From contig MEOE01000011.1 of the NCBI GenBank assembly GCA_001768565.1, positions 9,373-73,372 of the forward strand: DNA of 64,000 nt, read 5' to 3'. A model generated the notes under the pieces. The model had not been told where the DNA came from and did no database searches. It worked only from the letters and a program-made list of their open reading frames with translations. Both the position numbers and the translations under genes were made by a program. This stretch comes from Bacteroidetes bacterium GWF2_33_16 (GTDB taxonomy: Bacteria; Bacteroidota; Bacteroidia; Bacteroidales; UBA12077). This document shows, piece by piece, positions 1 through 9,110 of this stretch (position 1 is its first letter; every line of letters begins with the position of its first letter).

Positions 1-3000
1 GTTTTTTTCACCATCGGATTATTTTTATTGAACACACAGCTTTTTGCTCAAGAGTCAGATATTCAAAACACAAAAGAAAAACAATGGGTCGACTCGGTAA
101 TGAAAAAGCTTTCGCTCGACGAACAGATTGCCCAGTTGTTTATGGTTGCCGCATATTCTAATAAAGATCAGGATCATACTGATGATATTAAACAATTAGT
201 GGAAAAGAATAAAATCGGAGGTCTTATATTTTTTCAAGGAGGTCCGGTTCGGCAAGCTATACTAACTAATTATTACCAATCTATATCCGAAGTGCCTTTG
301 TTAATTGCTATTGATGGAGAATGGGGTTTGGGTATGCGGCTCGATTCAACTTTTAAATATCCCAGACAAATGATGCTCGGAGCAATTAAACATGATTCTC
401 TTATTTATCAAATGGGATATGATATTGGTCAACAATTAAAACGATTAGGAATTCATATTAATTTTGCGCCTGTTGTTGATGTTAACAACAATCCTGCAAA
501 CCCTGTAATAAATACAAGATCGTTTGGAGAAAATAGAGAAAATGTAAGCCGAAAAGGAATATTATATATGCAGGGAATGCAAAATTCTGGTATTATGGCT
601 GTAGCAAAGCATTTTCCTGGTCATGGTGATACCGATAAAGACTCACATTACACATTGCCAGCAGTTTATCATTCGCGTCACAGGCTCGACTCGGTTGAAT
701 TATTCCCATTTAAAAAACTTATCGATGCTGGTATTCATGGTGTAATGGTGGCTCATTTGAATGTACCTGAATTGGATAAAAAAGAAGTGCCTACAACGCT
801 TTCAAAACCTGTAGTAACCGATTTGCTCCGGAATGAATTAGGATTTAAAGGACTTATTTATACTGATGCCCTCAATATGAAAGGTGTTTCAGAGAGTAAT
901 AACCCTGGGGAAATAGAATATCTTGCTCTTGAGGCTGGTAACGATATTCTATTATTTTCTGAGAATGTTGCAAAGGCAATTTCTCGAATTCGAAAGCTTG
1001 TAAAACAGGATAAATTATCGAAAGAACAGATCGAAAATAGTTGTCGAAAAATACTGGCAGCAAAATATAGAGCCGAATTAAATACATACAACAGAAAATC
1101 TGAATATATTCAAATACAAGGGCTTGAATACGATCTGAATAAGGTTAAATATGAACTAAATCGTAGACATTTGATTGAATCAAGCTTAACTTTAATAAAG
1201 AATGAAAAAGACCTTCTACCTGTAACCAAATTGAAAAATAAAAAAATTGCTACAGTGGCTTTTGGTGTTGAGAAGATATCAAAATATCAAGAAACACTCG
1301 AAAAATATACTAAAGTTGATCATTTTTATTCAACATCAAGATTGTCTGACTCACTCATTAAAGTACTATCAAAATATGATTTAGTTATTTCAAGTATTCA
1401 CAGCTCATCATTATATCCTTCGGGCACCAATTATGGAGTGAAAAATGATTATTTAAACTCAATAACTGAATTATCTGCAAAAACTCGTGTTATATTAACA
1501 GTATTTGCAAATCCATATAGCTTAAAAACATTAACACTACAAAATAAAATAACATCAATATTAATTGCCTACGAAAATGATGATATTACCCAACACATTG
1601 CTGCACAAGCAATTTTTGGAGGTGTATTAGTCTCAGGGCAATTGCCTGTTTCAATAAATTCAGAAATTAAATCTGGTATTGGTATCGATTTAAAAAAAAA
1701 GATAAGACTAAAATATAGCATTCCCGAAGAAGCTGGTATTGATTCAGAAAAACTAAGTAAAATAGATTCCATTGCTTTAAAAGCTATTGCTGAAAAAGCC
1801 ACTCCAGGTTGCCAAATTTTGGTTGCACGAAATGGAATCGTATTTTATGATAAATCTTTTGGTTATCATGATTATTTTAAGGAGATACCTGTAACTGATA
1901 AATCAATTTATGATGTTGCTTCAGTAACTAAAGTAATTGCTACAATACCTGCTTTAATGCGGCTATATGAACAGAATGAGTTTAGCATTAACGATAGCTT
2001 AAAAAAATATTTTCCCGATTTGGATACAACAAATAAAGGTAATTTGTTAATTAGTGATATGCTAACTCATCAAGCTCGTTTAAATGGATGGATTCCTTTT
2101 TACACATCAACTTTACAAACACTTTTTCCCGACCAAAGTCTTTCAAATAAGAAGTTTTCGGAAGATTATCCTTACAAAGTTAGCGATAACTTCTATTTAT
2201 CGAGAAATTACAAGATGAAAGAAGGATTATACTCATTTATCAAAACTACCGATTACTCAATACCTGTAACCGATAATTTATACATACTTAGCAGTTATAG
2301 TGATACAATTTTTAGAATGATAAGACAATCAAAACTAATTGATAAAAAAGAATACCGATACAGTGATTTAGGATATTATTATTTTTACAGATTAATAGAA
2401 AATAAAACTGGAGCAAGGTTTGCCGATTATCTTGATTCAACTTTTTATCAAACAATAGGAGCTTATAGAACAGGATATTTACCTCTGAAAAAATTTTCAA
2501 AAAGTGAAATAGTTCCCACAGAAAATGATCAGGTTTTTCGCCGACAACTAATTCATGGAACAGTTCATGATCCTGGTGCTGCAATGTTAGGAGGTGTTTG
2601 CGGACATGCAGGCGCTTTTTCTACAGCCAATGATTTAGCAATAATTATGCAGATGTTTTTAAATGGAGGCGAATATGGGGGCGAACAATATTTTAAAAAA
2701 GAAACTATCGATTTTTTTACAAAAGCTCCAAATAATGGTATAGAAAATAGAAGAGCTCTTGGATTTGACAAACCCCAAATGGATTACTCTAAAGAAGGTC
2801 CTACTTGCAAGTGTGTGTCTGCCGAAAGCTATGGTCATACAGGATTTACAGGAACAATAGTATGGGCCGACCCATGTCAGCAAATTGTATATATATTTCT
2901 CTCTAATCGTGTACATCCAGATCAGGACAATAATAAATTATCAAAAATGAATGTTAGAACTGATATTCAGCAAGTAATTTACGATGCAATTATTCAATAA
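1..3000 (+). CDS. GH3 beta-N-acetylglucosaminidase (NagZ-type) fused to a C-terminal beta-lactamase/serine hydrolase domain; 5' end probably lies before the window
   Basis: KHFPGHGDTDKDSH NagZ motif and TDALNM nucleophile region; C-terminal SVTK, YSD and HTG motifs. Frame is open from base 1 (VFFTIGLFLLNTQLFAQ looks like the end of a signal peptide), so the TTG at 28 is probably not the true start. Confidence 0.9.
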   Translation, partial: VFFTIGLFLLNTQLFAQESDIQNTKEKQWVDSVMKKLSLDEQIAQLFMVAAYSNKDQDHTDDIKQLVEKNKIGGLIFFQGGPVRQAILTNYYQSISEVPLLIAIDGEWGLGMRLDSTFKYPRQMMLGAIKHDSLIYQMGYDIGQQLKRLGIHINFAPVVDVNNNPANPVINTRSFGENRENVSRKGILYMQGMQNSGIMAVAKHFPGHGDTDKDSHYTLPAVYHSRHRLDSVELFPFKKLIDAGIHGVMVAHLNVPELDKKEVPTTLSKPVVTDLLRNELGFKGLIYTDALNMKGVSESNNPGEIEYLALEAGNDILLFSENVAKAISRIRKLVKQDKLSKEQIENSCRKILAAKYRAELNTYNRKSEYIQIQGLEYDLNKVKYELNRRHLIESSLTLIKNEKDLLPVTKLKNKKIATVAFGVEKISKYQETLEKYTKVDHFYSTSRLSDSLIKVLSKYDLVISSIHSSSLYPSGTNYGVKNDYLNSITELSAKTRVILTVFANPYSLKTLTLQNKITSILIAYENDDITQHIAAQAIFGGVLVSGQLPVSINSEIKSGIGIDLKKKIRLKYSIPEEAGIDSEKLSKIDSIALKAIAEKATPGCQILVARNGIVFYDKSFGYHDYFKEIPVTDKSIYDVASVTKVIATIPALMRLYEQNEFSINDSLKKYFPDLDTTNKGNLLISDMLTHQARLNGWIPFYTSTLQTLFPDQSLSNKKFSEDYPYKVSDNFYLSRNYKMKEGLYSFIKTTDYSIPVTDNLYILSSYSDTIFRMIRQSKLIDKKEYRYSDLGYYYFYRLIENKTGARFADYLDSTFYQTIGAYRTGYLPLKKFSKSEIVPTENDQVFRRQLIHGTVHDPGAAMLGGVCGHAGAFSTANDLAIIMQMFLNGGEYGGEQYFKKETIDFFTKAPNNGIENRRALGFDKPQMDYSKEGPTCKCVSAESYGHTGFTGTIVWADPCQQIVYIFLSNRVHPDQDNNKLSKMNVRTDIQQVIYDAIIQ

Positions 3001-3012
3001 TGCATCTTTAAA

Positions 3013-3810
3013 ATGAATAACAATTCAAATATCTTACCCTTCTTAATAATCATTTTTTTTCTTATTTACACTTTAAAAAAATTTGGTGTTTTAAATTATC
3101 TGGATACAATTCTTATAAGCAGGAAAACAAAACAGGAATTAAAGGACTTTTATAGCAAGCAACTTAATTATTTTAATTCATTACCATATAAAGACAGAGA
3201 TCGGTTTGTTATTCGTGCCAATAAACTGAAAAAATCAATACATATAATAGGTAAAAATGATTTTAAGGTAACTGAAGAAGTTAGACTGTTATCTATTGCT
3301 GCACAAGTGCAATTAACTTTTGGATTTAATCAGTTCTTTTTAAATAAATTTCATACTATCCTTATTTATCCCGATACATATGAAAGCAAACTTACTGGGA
3401 AAATGCATTATGGAGAAGTAAATCCCAGAGGTATAATTGTTATTTCGTGGGATAGATTCCTAAAAGGATATACAATACCCAATGATAAAATCAATCTTGG
3501 TTTGCATGAAATGGCTCATGCCTTAATGCATACTATAATCTGTAGTTCTGATCATGAAGATGGATTAGATAAGTATTTAAGAGATATTGTAAGATTGTCA
3601 AAAATTGAGATAGAAAAGATAAAAAATGGAGAGAATCATCTTTATAGAAAATATGCCGGTGCTAATATATATGAGTTCTTTGCAGTATCAGTTGAACATT
3701 TCTTTGAAGCTCCTGATGAATTAAAATTAGAGTTACCTGCACTATATCAATATCTCACTAAACTTCTTAAACAAGATCCAACAATAGGATTATTTCATTT
3801 AAAAAAATAG
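3013..3810 (+). CDS. MtfA-like (M90) zinc-dependent peptidase with N-terminal membrane anchor
   Basis: HEMAH zincin motif, YAGANIYEFFAVSVEHFFE motif and terminal LLKQDP typical of the MtfA family. Confidence 0.8.
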   Translation: MNNNSNILPFLIIIFFLIYTLKKFGVLNYLDTILISRKTKQELKDFYSKQLNYFNSLPYKDRDRFVIRANKLKKSIHIIGKNDFKVTEEVRLLSIAAQVQLTFGFNQFFLNKFHTILIYPDTYESKLTGKMHYGEVNPRGIIVISWDRFLKGYTIPNDKINLGLHEMAHALMHTIICSSDHEDGLDKYLRDIVRLSKIEIEKIKNGENHLYRKYAGANIYEFFAVSVEHFFEAPDELKLELPALYQYLTKLLKQDPTIGLFHLKK

Positions 3811-3851
3811 TTGACTTTTTTCGAGCGTTTTAGTAACTTATTTCTTCCTAA

Positions 3852-3877
3852 ATAAGAACTATTCTTATATAAGAATA
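3852..3877. promoter_or_regulatory. Putative Fur/PerR-type autoregulatory operator (overlapping AT-rich palindromes)
   Basis: ATAAGAA-CTA-TTCTTAT (3852-3868) overlaps the perfect 18-bp palindrome TATTCTTATATAAGAATA (3860-3877), 6 bp before the Fur-family start codon. Confidence 0.5.
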
Positions 3878-3883
3878 TTTACT

Positions 3884-4312
3884 ATGATAAAAGACAAAGG
3901 TCGAAGTATTTTAACTGAAAGTGGTTTAAAAATTACTCCACAGCGAATAGCAATAATGGAGGCTTTATTGACAATTAAAGATCATTCCACAGCCGAATTC
4001 ATTAAAGAGTATGTAACTAAAAATAACCCAAATTTAGCAACTGGAACTATATACAATATTCTTGAAGCTTTTTGTCAAAAAGGGATTATCAAAAAAGTTA
4101 AAACAGAAAAAGATATCATGCGATATGATGTTGAAACAAAAAGCCACAATCACCTCTATTGCGACGAATGCGATTATATCAAGAATTATTTTGATGAGGA
4201 ATTAGACAGGTTGCTAAAAGACTATTTCAGTAAAAAGAATTTAAGCAATTTTAGTATTAAAGAGATAAACTTACAAATAGTTGGAAATTACAGTCCACAT
4301 AAAAATAACTAA
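3884..4312 (+). CDS. perR: Fur-family transcriptional regulator, PerR-like
   Basis: GLKITPQR, H-x-TAE, TIYNIL, RYD...HNHLYCxxC motifs; heads an operon of peroxide-defence genes. Confidence 0.75.
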   Translation: MIKDKGRSILTESGLKITPQRIAIMEALLTIKDHSTAEFIKEYVTKNNPNLATGTIYNILEAFCQKGIIKKVKTEKDIMRYDVETKSHNHLYCDECDYIKNYFDEELDRLLKDYFSKKNLSNFSIKEINLQIVGNYSPHKNN

Positions 4313-4323
4313 AAGATAAAATT

Positions 4324-4836
4324 ATGGGAAAACAAGCAATTAAGGTTGCATCCGTTGATGTAAAGAAACTAATTAAAATGTTAAATGCCGCTCTTTCAGA
4401 AGAATGGCTTGCATACTACCAATATTGGATTGGAGCACGACTAATGGAAGGTCCAATGCGAAGCGAAGTGGAACCAGAATTATTGTTACATGCCGATCAG
4501 GAGCTTAATCATGCTGTATTGGTTGCAAATAGAATTATTCAGTTGGGTGGAACACCAGTTATTAATCCAACGCAATGGACAAAATTGGCACGATGCGAAT
4601 ACGACGAACCATCTGATCCTTATATCGAAGTAATTCTGGATCAAAATTTAAAAGGAGAAAGATGTGCAATTCAGCGTTATCAGGAAATTGCCGATTTTAC
4701 AGATGGAAAAGATCATTCAACCCATCAGATGGCAGTTCAGATAATGAACGAAGAACTTGAACACGAAAACGACATTGAAGCATGGATTACTGATATTAAG
4801 AGAATGAAAGACGAATTTAAAAAAATGAGAATGTAA
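4324..4836 (+). CDS. Ferritin-like DPS-like (DpsL/bacterioferritin-related) protein
   Basis: EEWLAYYQYW, ELNHA, ERCAI, EELEHE di-iron ligand pattern characteristic of DpsL. Confidence 0.85.
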   Translation: MGKQAIKVASVDVKKLIKMLNAALSEEWLAYYQYWIGARLMEGPMRSEVEPELLLHADQELNHAVLVANRIIQLGGTPVINPTQWTKLARCEYDEPSDPYIEVILDQNLKGERCAIQRYQEIADFTDGKDHSTHQMAVQIMNEELEHENDIEAWITDIKRMKDEFKKMRM

Positions 4837-4857
4837 TTATATAAATCAATTTAAATT

Positions 4858-5571
4858 ATGGAACATGAACAAAAAGTGGCTACTATGCCAAGAATAGGAG
4901 AAAAAGCTCCCGAATTTAAAGCCGTAACAACCCAGGGTGAAATTAATTTCCCATCCGATTATAAAGGAAGTTGGGTTATTTTGTTCAGTCACCCAGCCGA
5001 TTTTACACCAGTTTGTACATCTGAGTTTATGACATTTGCTTCGATGGAAAAACAATTTAATGAAGCAAATTGTAAACTTATAGGCCTTTCTGTTGATGGT
5101 TTATATAGCCATATAGCATGGTTACGTACTATTAAAGAGAAGATTGAATACAAGGGGATGAAAAATGTTGAAGTAACATTCCCATTAATCGAAGACATTA
5201 CAATGGAAGTTGCAATGAAGTATGGAATGATGATGCCAGGTGAAAGCAGTACAAAGGCTGTACGTGCTGTGTTTGTTATCGATCCAAATGGTATTATTAG
5301 AACAATCATCTATTACCCATTAAGTTTAGGTCGTAACTTTGATGAATTATACAGGGTGATTCTTGCATTGCAAACAGCTGATGAATTTAAGATTGCTACT
5401 CCAGCCGATTGGCGTCCAGGCGATGACGTAATTGTACCAACAGCAGGTTCATGTGGTGTTGCAAAAGAAAGAATGGAAAGCAAAGACGAAAATGTAAAAT
5501 GCTACGATTGGTTCTTCTGTACCAAAAAACTGGATAAGGATACAGTGTTAAAGAAAATCCTAAAAAAGTAA
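4858..5571 (+). CDS. Peroxiredoxin (Prx6-type, with C-terminal CxDWFFC motif)
   Basis: FSHPADFTPVCTSE peroxidatic motif; GRNFDE; ATPADW; CYDWFFC. Confidence 0.92.
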   Translation: MEHEQKVATMPRIGEKAPEFKAVTTQGEINFPSDYKGSWVILFSHPADFTPVCTSEFMTFASMEKQFNEANCKLIGLSVDGLYSHIAWLRTIKEKIEYKGMKNVEVTFPLIEDITMEVAMKYGMMMPGESSTKAVRAVFVIDPNGIIRTIIYYPLSLGRNFDELYRVILALQTADEFKIATPADWRPGDDVIVPTAGSCGVAKERMESKDENVKCYDWFFCTKKLDKDTVLKKILKK

Positions 5572-5605
5572 TAAATATATAGTCCTTACAAACAATTAGG
5601 AAAGG

Positions 5606-5703
5606 GTCATTGCGAACCTGCCTGCCGGCAGGCAGGCGCAGTGAAGCCTGTCTGCCGACAGGCAGGCAATCTTTAAAGACTGCTTCGTTTCACTCGCAGT
5701 GAC
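5606..5703. repeat. REP/MITE-like palindromic element (GTCATTGCGA...GCAATCT...AGACTGCTTCG...TCGCAGTGAC) carrying two nested 20-bp palindromes; probably also a bidirectional terminator
   Basis: Terminal inverted repeat GTCATTGCGA / TCGCAGTGAC, flanked by AAAGG and TTTTT between convergent genes; inserts at 5617-5636 and 5647-5666. Confidence 0.8.
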
Positions 5704-5713
5704 TTTTTAATTT

Positions 5714-6280
5714 TTATATCATACCCGGTTTTGTGCCCTTTTCTAATAGGTCCAGAACTTTAATAATTCTGTTAGCTTTTGTCTCTGGTCGCTTAGCCAT
5801 TAATATATAACCAATATACATATTTTGGTGGGAGGGAGATAGTTTACTAAAAAACAAACTTGCTTTTGGATTTTTAGCAAGTGCTTCTGTAAATTCATCT
5901 GGAATTTCAAATATTTCTTTTGATGAGTAGGCTTTATCCCAATTGCCATTTTTTTTAGCAATTTCAACCATTTTTAGTCCTGCTTTGGTCATTTTCTTTT
6001 CAATAATCATTTTTTCGACCCGTTTTTTATTAACTAAAGACCAGATACTGCTGCTTTTTCTAGGGGTGTATTTTTGCATATAAGTTTCGCTGTCGATACT
6101 TTTTACTAAGCTATCAATCCATCCAAAGCATAAAGCTTCTTCAACCGCATCGTTATAAGCTACAGACTGTTTTTTAGTATGCTTTTTAAAATAAATTAAC
6201 CAAATTTCTTTTGCTGTAAAGTGGTTTTCTTCAAGCCATTTACGCCAATCTTCACGTGTTTTGCAAAAAAGTGTTTCCAT
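5714..6280 (-). CDS. YdeI/OmpD-associated family protein
   Basis: WRKWLEENH, AVEEALCFGWIDS, TPRKSSSIWSLVNK, AKRPETKANRI. Confidence 0.88.
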   Translation of the reverse strand: METLFCKTREDWRKWLEENHFTAKEIWLIYFKKHTKKQSVAYNDAVEEALCFGWIDSLVKSIDSETYMQKYTPRKSSSIWSLVNKKRVEKMIIEKKMTKAGLKMVEIAKKNGNWDKAYSSKEIFEIPDEFTEALAKNPKASLFFSKLSPSHQNMYIGYILMAKRPETKANRIIKVLDLLEKGTKPGMI

Positions 6281-6350
6281 GGGAACATATTGAACTAAAA
6301 TAGAGTAGGAAATTACAAAATTTACATAATAATCACTCTTTATTTTAACC

Positions 6351-6380
6351 TGTTCATTCTACAATATGCTTTACTCATCA
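6351..6380 (+). promoter_or_regulatory. Putative LytTR-binding direct repeat upstream of tolC
   Basis: TGTTCATTC at 6351 and TACTCATCA at 6372 (21-bp period), upstream of the TACTTTTG -7 motif at 6413-6420. Confidence 0.5.
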
Positions 6381-6457
6381 TTTTTTAATTGTTTCATTTA
6401 GTATTCGAACAATACTTTTGAACCATAAATTAATTTCAAATCTAAAATTAATAAAAA

Positions 6458-7822
6458 ATGAAAAAAATATTTTTAATAGTTACAGCATTATATTTTGCTT
6501 ATACAACTGATGCACAAACAACTGTTTTAAATGAATATATAAAACAAGGATTAGAAAGTAATCTTATAATAAAACAAAATCAAATGGCTCTTGAAAGTGC
6601 ACAATACGCCTTATTGATTGCCAAAGGAATGTATTTACCAACAATTAGCACTCAATCTCGATATACGTTTTCAAAAGGTGGAAGAACAATTGATTTTCCT
6701 ATAGGCGATTTGTTAAATCCGGTTTACAGCACGTTAAATGATTTATTGGTTTCGCAAGGTGGAACTGCACAGTTTCCAATGGTCGAAAATCAGCGAATAA
6801 ATTTTTTACGTGAAAAAGAATATGAAGCCAAATTATCTCTTACTCAGCCTTTGTATTATCCATCAATTGCAATTAACAAAAGAATAGAAGAGCAAAAACT
6901 TTATATGACTGAGACTGAGATGAAACAGTATCAGCGTGATCTCACATTCCAGATTAAAGAAGCATATTATAATTACATGAAAGTTCTAAATTATTATGAT
7001 CTGATTCAAAAAACCAAAGAGGTAGTTAACGAAAATCATAGAGTAAGTTTAAAGCTATTAGAGAATAATATGATTACACGCGATGGAGTACTTCGTGCCA
7101 AATCGGAGGTAAGTAAAGTAGATTTACTAGAAACCGAAGCTGAAAAGAACAAAGAAATGGCAAAAAACTATTTTAATTTCTTACTTAATAGAAATCTCGA
7201 TGATGAAGTTATAGTTGTTTCTCAGTCTGAAAATTACTTAACTCTTGATAATTTAGAACTTGGTTTAAATGCTTTGCAAAATAGAGAAGAGTTGAAGCTA
7301 CTAGATCAGCAAATCAGAATTATGGATCATGTAGCAGATTTAAGCAGATCAGAAATGTTTCCACGATTAATTTTAGCAGCCGATTATGGTATTCAGGGTG
7401 AAGATCTTAAGATTGATAATGAATCGGATTTTTTAACTGCCTCGGTTGTTTTGCAATGGGATATTTTTAACGGAAATACCAAGAGAAATAAGAAAAAACA
7501 AGCCTTAATTGAAAAACAACGCATTGGATTTATTAAAGAGGAAGCTCAGGATAAAATACAATTAGAAGTAAAACAAGATGTATTTGAAGTGCAACAGCAG
7601 CATAAAAACCTAAATCTTGCAAAAACACGATGCAACGAAGCAAATGAATTCTATAGAATTATCGAAAAACGGTTTCGATTGGGAGAAGTACCTTTAATTG
7701 AATTGCTCGATGCACGCAATAATATGACCGAAGCAGAAACTCAATTTATTGTAGCACAATACGATTATTTAACAAGTATAGCAAGACTAGAAAAGAGTAC
7801 AGCAAAATCTCTGCAATTATAG
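6458..7822 (+). CDS. TolC-family outer membrane efflux protein
   Basis: Signal peptide, two helical OEP repeats, RFRLGEVPLIELLDAR; first gene of the RND operon. Confidence 0.88.
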   Translation: MKKIFLIVTALYFAYTTDAQTTVLNEYIKQGLESNLIIKQNQMALESAQYALLIAKGMYLPTISTQSRYTFSKGGRTIDFPIGDLLNPVYSTLNDLLVSQGGTAQFPMVENQRINFLREKEYEAKLSLTQPLYYPSIAINKRIEEQKLYMTETEMKQYQRDLTFQIKEAYYNYMKVLNYYDLIQKTKEVVNENHRVSLKLLENNMITRDGVLRAKSEVSKVDLLETEAEKNKEMAKNYFNFLLNRNLDDEVIVVSQSENYLTLDNLELGLNALQNREELKLLDQQIRIMDHVADLSRSEMFPRLILAADYGIQGEDLKIDNESDFLTASVVLQWDIFNGNTKRNKKKQALIEKQRIGFIKEEAQDKIQLEVKQDVFEVQQQHKNLNLAKTRCNEANEFYRIIEKRFRLGEVPLIELLDARNNMTEAETQFIVAQYDYLTSIARLEKSTAKSLQL

Positions 7823-7829
7823 CATGCTG

Positions 7830-7860
7830 TATTCATTCCTGAATAATACATGTTCACTCC
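7830..7860 (+). promoter_or_regulatory. Second putative LytTR-binding direct repeat, upstream of the MFP gene
   Basis: TATTCATTCC at 7830 and TGTTCACTCC at 7851 (21-bp period), same core as the site before tolC. Confidence 0.5.
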
Positions 7861-7916
7861 AAATTAGTTGATAGATAGATAGGTATTCGTAAAATTTGCA
7901 TAATTATTAACATTAA

Positions 7917-9038
7917 ATGGAACAGAAAATGAAACAAATAACCAAAATAGTAAATTTTAAAACACAAATAATCGTGTTTTTATTTGCAGTATCAGCGTTA
8001 CAAAGTTGTAGTAACAGTGAAGCAAATACATCCAAACCTAACGAAAAAGGAATTCCTGTTACAGTTGAAAGAATTGAAAAAGAAACAATTTCTCTTCCGG
8101 TTCATATTTCAGGCAATATTAGCTCTAGTAAAGAAAGTCGCCTTAGTTTCAAAACAGGTGGTATAATAAAATCAATTTATGTTGATGAAGGTGATAAAGT
8201 AAAAAAAGGACAAGTGTTAGCCAAACTGGATTTAAAAGAAATTCAGGAGCAGGCTAATCAGGCTATTGTTGGGCTCGATAAAGCTAAAAGAGATTATCAG
8301 CGAGTTTCAAACCTTTATAATGATACTGTAGCAACATTAGAGCAGATGCAAAATGCAAAATCAGCCCTAGATGTAGCTATAACCAATATGAATATTGCTG
8401 ATTATAATTTGAAGTATTCGACAATTGCCGCTCCATCTGATGGAATAATTCTTAAGAAATTTTTCGAAGAAAATGAAATTGCCGGAACTGGATATCCCAT
8501 CTTTTATTTTGCATCGTCTGAGGATAATTGGCGAATGCTGGTTGGAATTTCTGATAAAGATATCGTTAAGTTTAAAGTAGGGGATAAAGCTAATATAATT
8601 ACTGATGCTTACCCTGGTAAAGAATTAGATGCTGTTGTTTCGCGAATCGCTAATGCCCCCGGAGAATTTACCGGTTTATATGAAATTGAGTTATCCATTA
8701 TGCAAGTCGATGTAGAACTCAAACATGGTTTATTTGCTAAGGGGGCAATTTTTCCTTCACAACAAATGAATTGTTACAGTTTATCTATTAATGCTGTACA
8801 AGAAGGTATTGGAAATACTGTTATGTTTTATTCTGTTTCCAAAGATGGTACAATTGCGGTAAAGAAGGAAGCACAGGTTTTAGCTATAAATCAGCAAAAA
8901 GTTTTTATAGAAAGAGCAGATTTTTATGATGGAATGATGGTTATTGTAGAAAGGCAAAAAGAATTAAAAAATCTCGACAAAGTAAACATCATACAAAACA
9001 AGGTTTTAGCTGATCTAAAAATAGCCAGTATTAAATAA
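7917..9038 (+). CDS. RND efflux periplasmic adaptor (MFP) lipoprotein
   Basis: Lipobox LQSC; LSFKTGGIIKSIYVDEGDKVKKGQVLAKLD lipoyl-like motif; TIAAPSDGII. Confidence 0.9.
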   Translation: MEQKMKQITKIVNFKTQIIVFLFAVSALQSCSNSEANTSKPNEKGIPVTVERIEKETISLPVHISGNISSSKESRLSFKTGGIIKSIYVDEGDKVKKGQVLAKLDLKEIQEQANQAIVGLDKAKRDYQRVSNLYNDTVATLEQMQNAKSALDVAITNMNIADYNLKYSTIAAPSDGIILKKFFEENEIAGTGYPIFYFASSEDNWRMLVGISDKDIVKFKVGDKANIITDAYPGKELDAVVSRIANAPGEFTGLYEIELSIMQVDVELKHGLFAKGAIFPSQQMNCYSLSINAVQEGIGNTVMFYSVSKDGTIAVKKEAQVLAINQQKVFIERADFYDGMMVIVERQKELKNLDKVNIIQNKVLADLKIASIK

Positions 9039-9110
9039 TTCATTTAAATAGTTTAGTTTTTTGAAGTATTAATAAAGAATGATAATAGAAAATCAATAAT
9101 TTTTAATAAG

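Noticed and set aside
5606-5703. Repeated 20-bp palindromes as a mini CRISPR array or integron attC site
   Set aside because: Only two units with a 10-bp spacer, no cas genes or integrase, and no GTTRRRY/RYYYAAC ends; better explained as nested REP-like elements.
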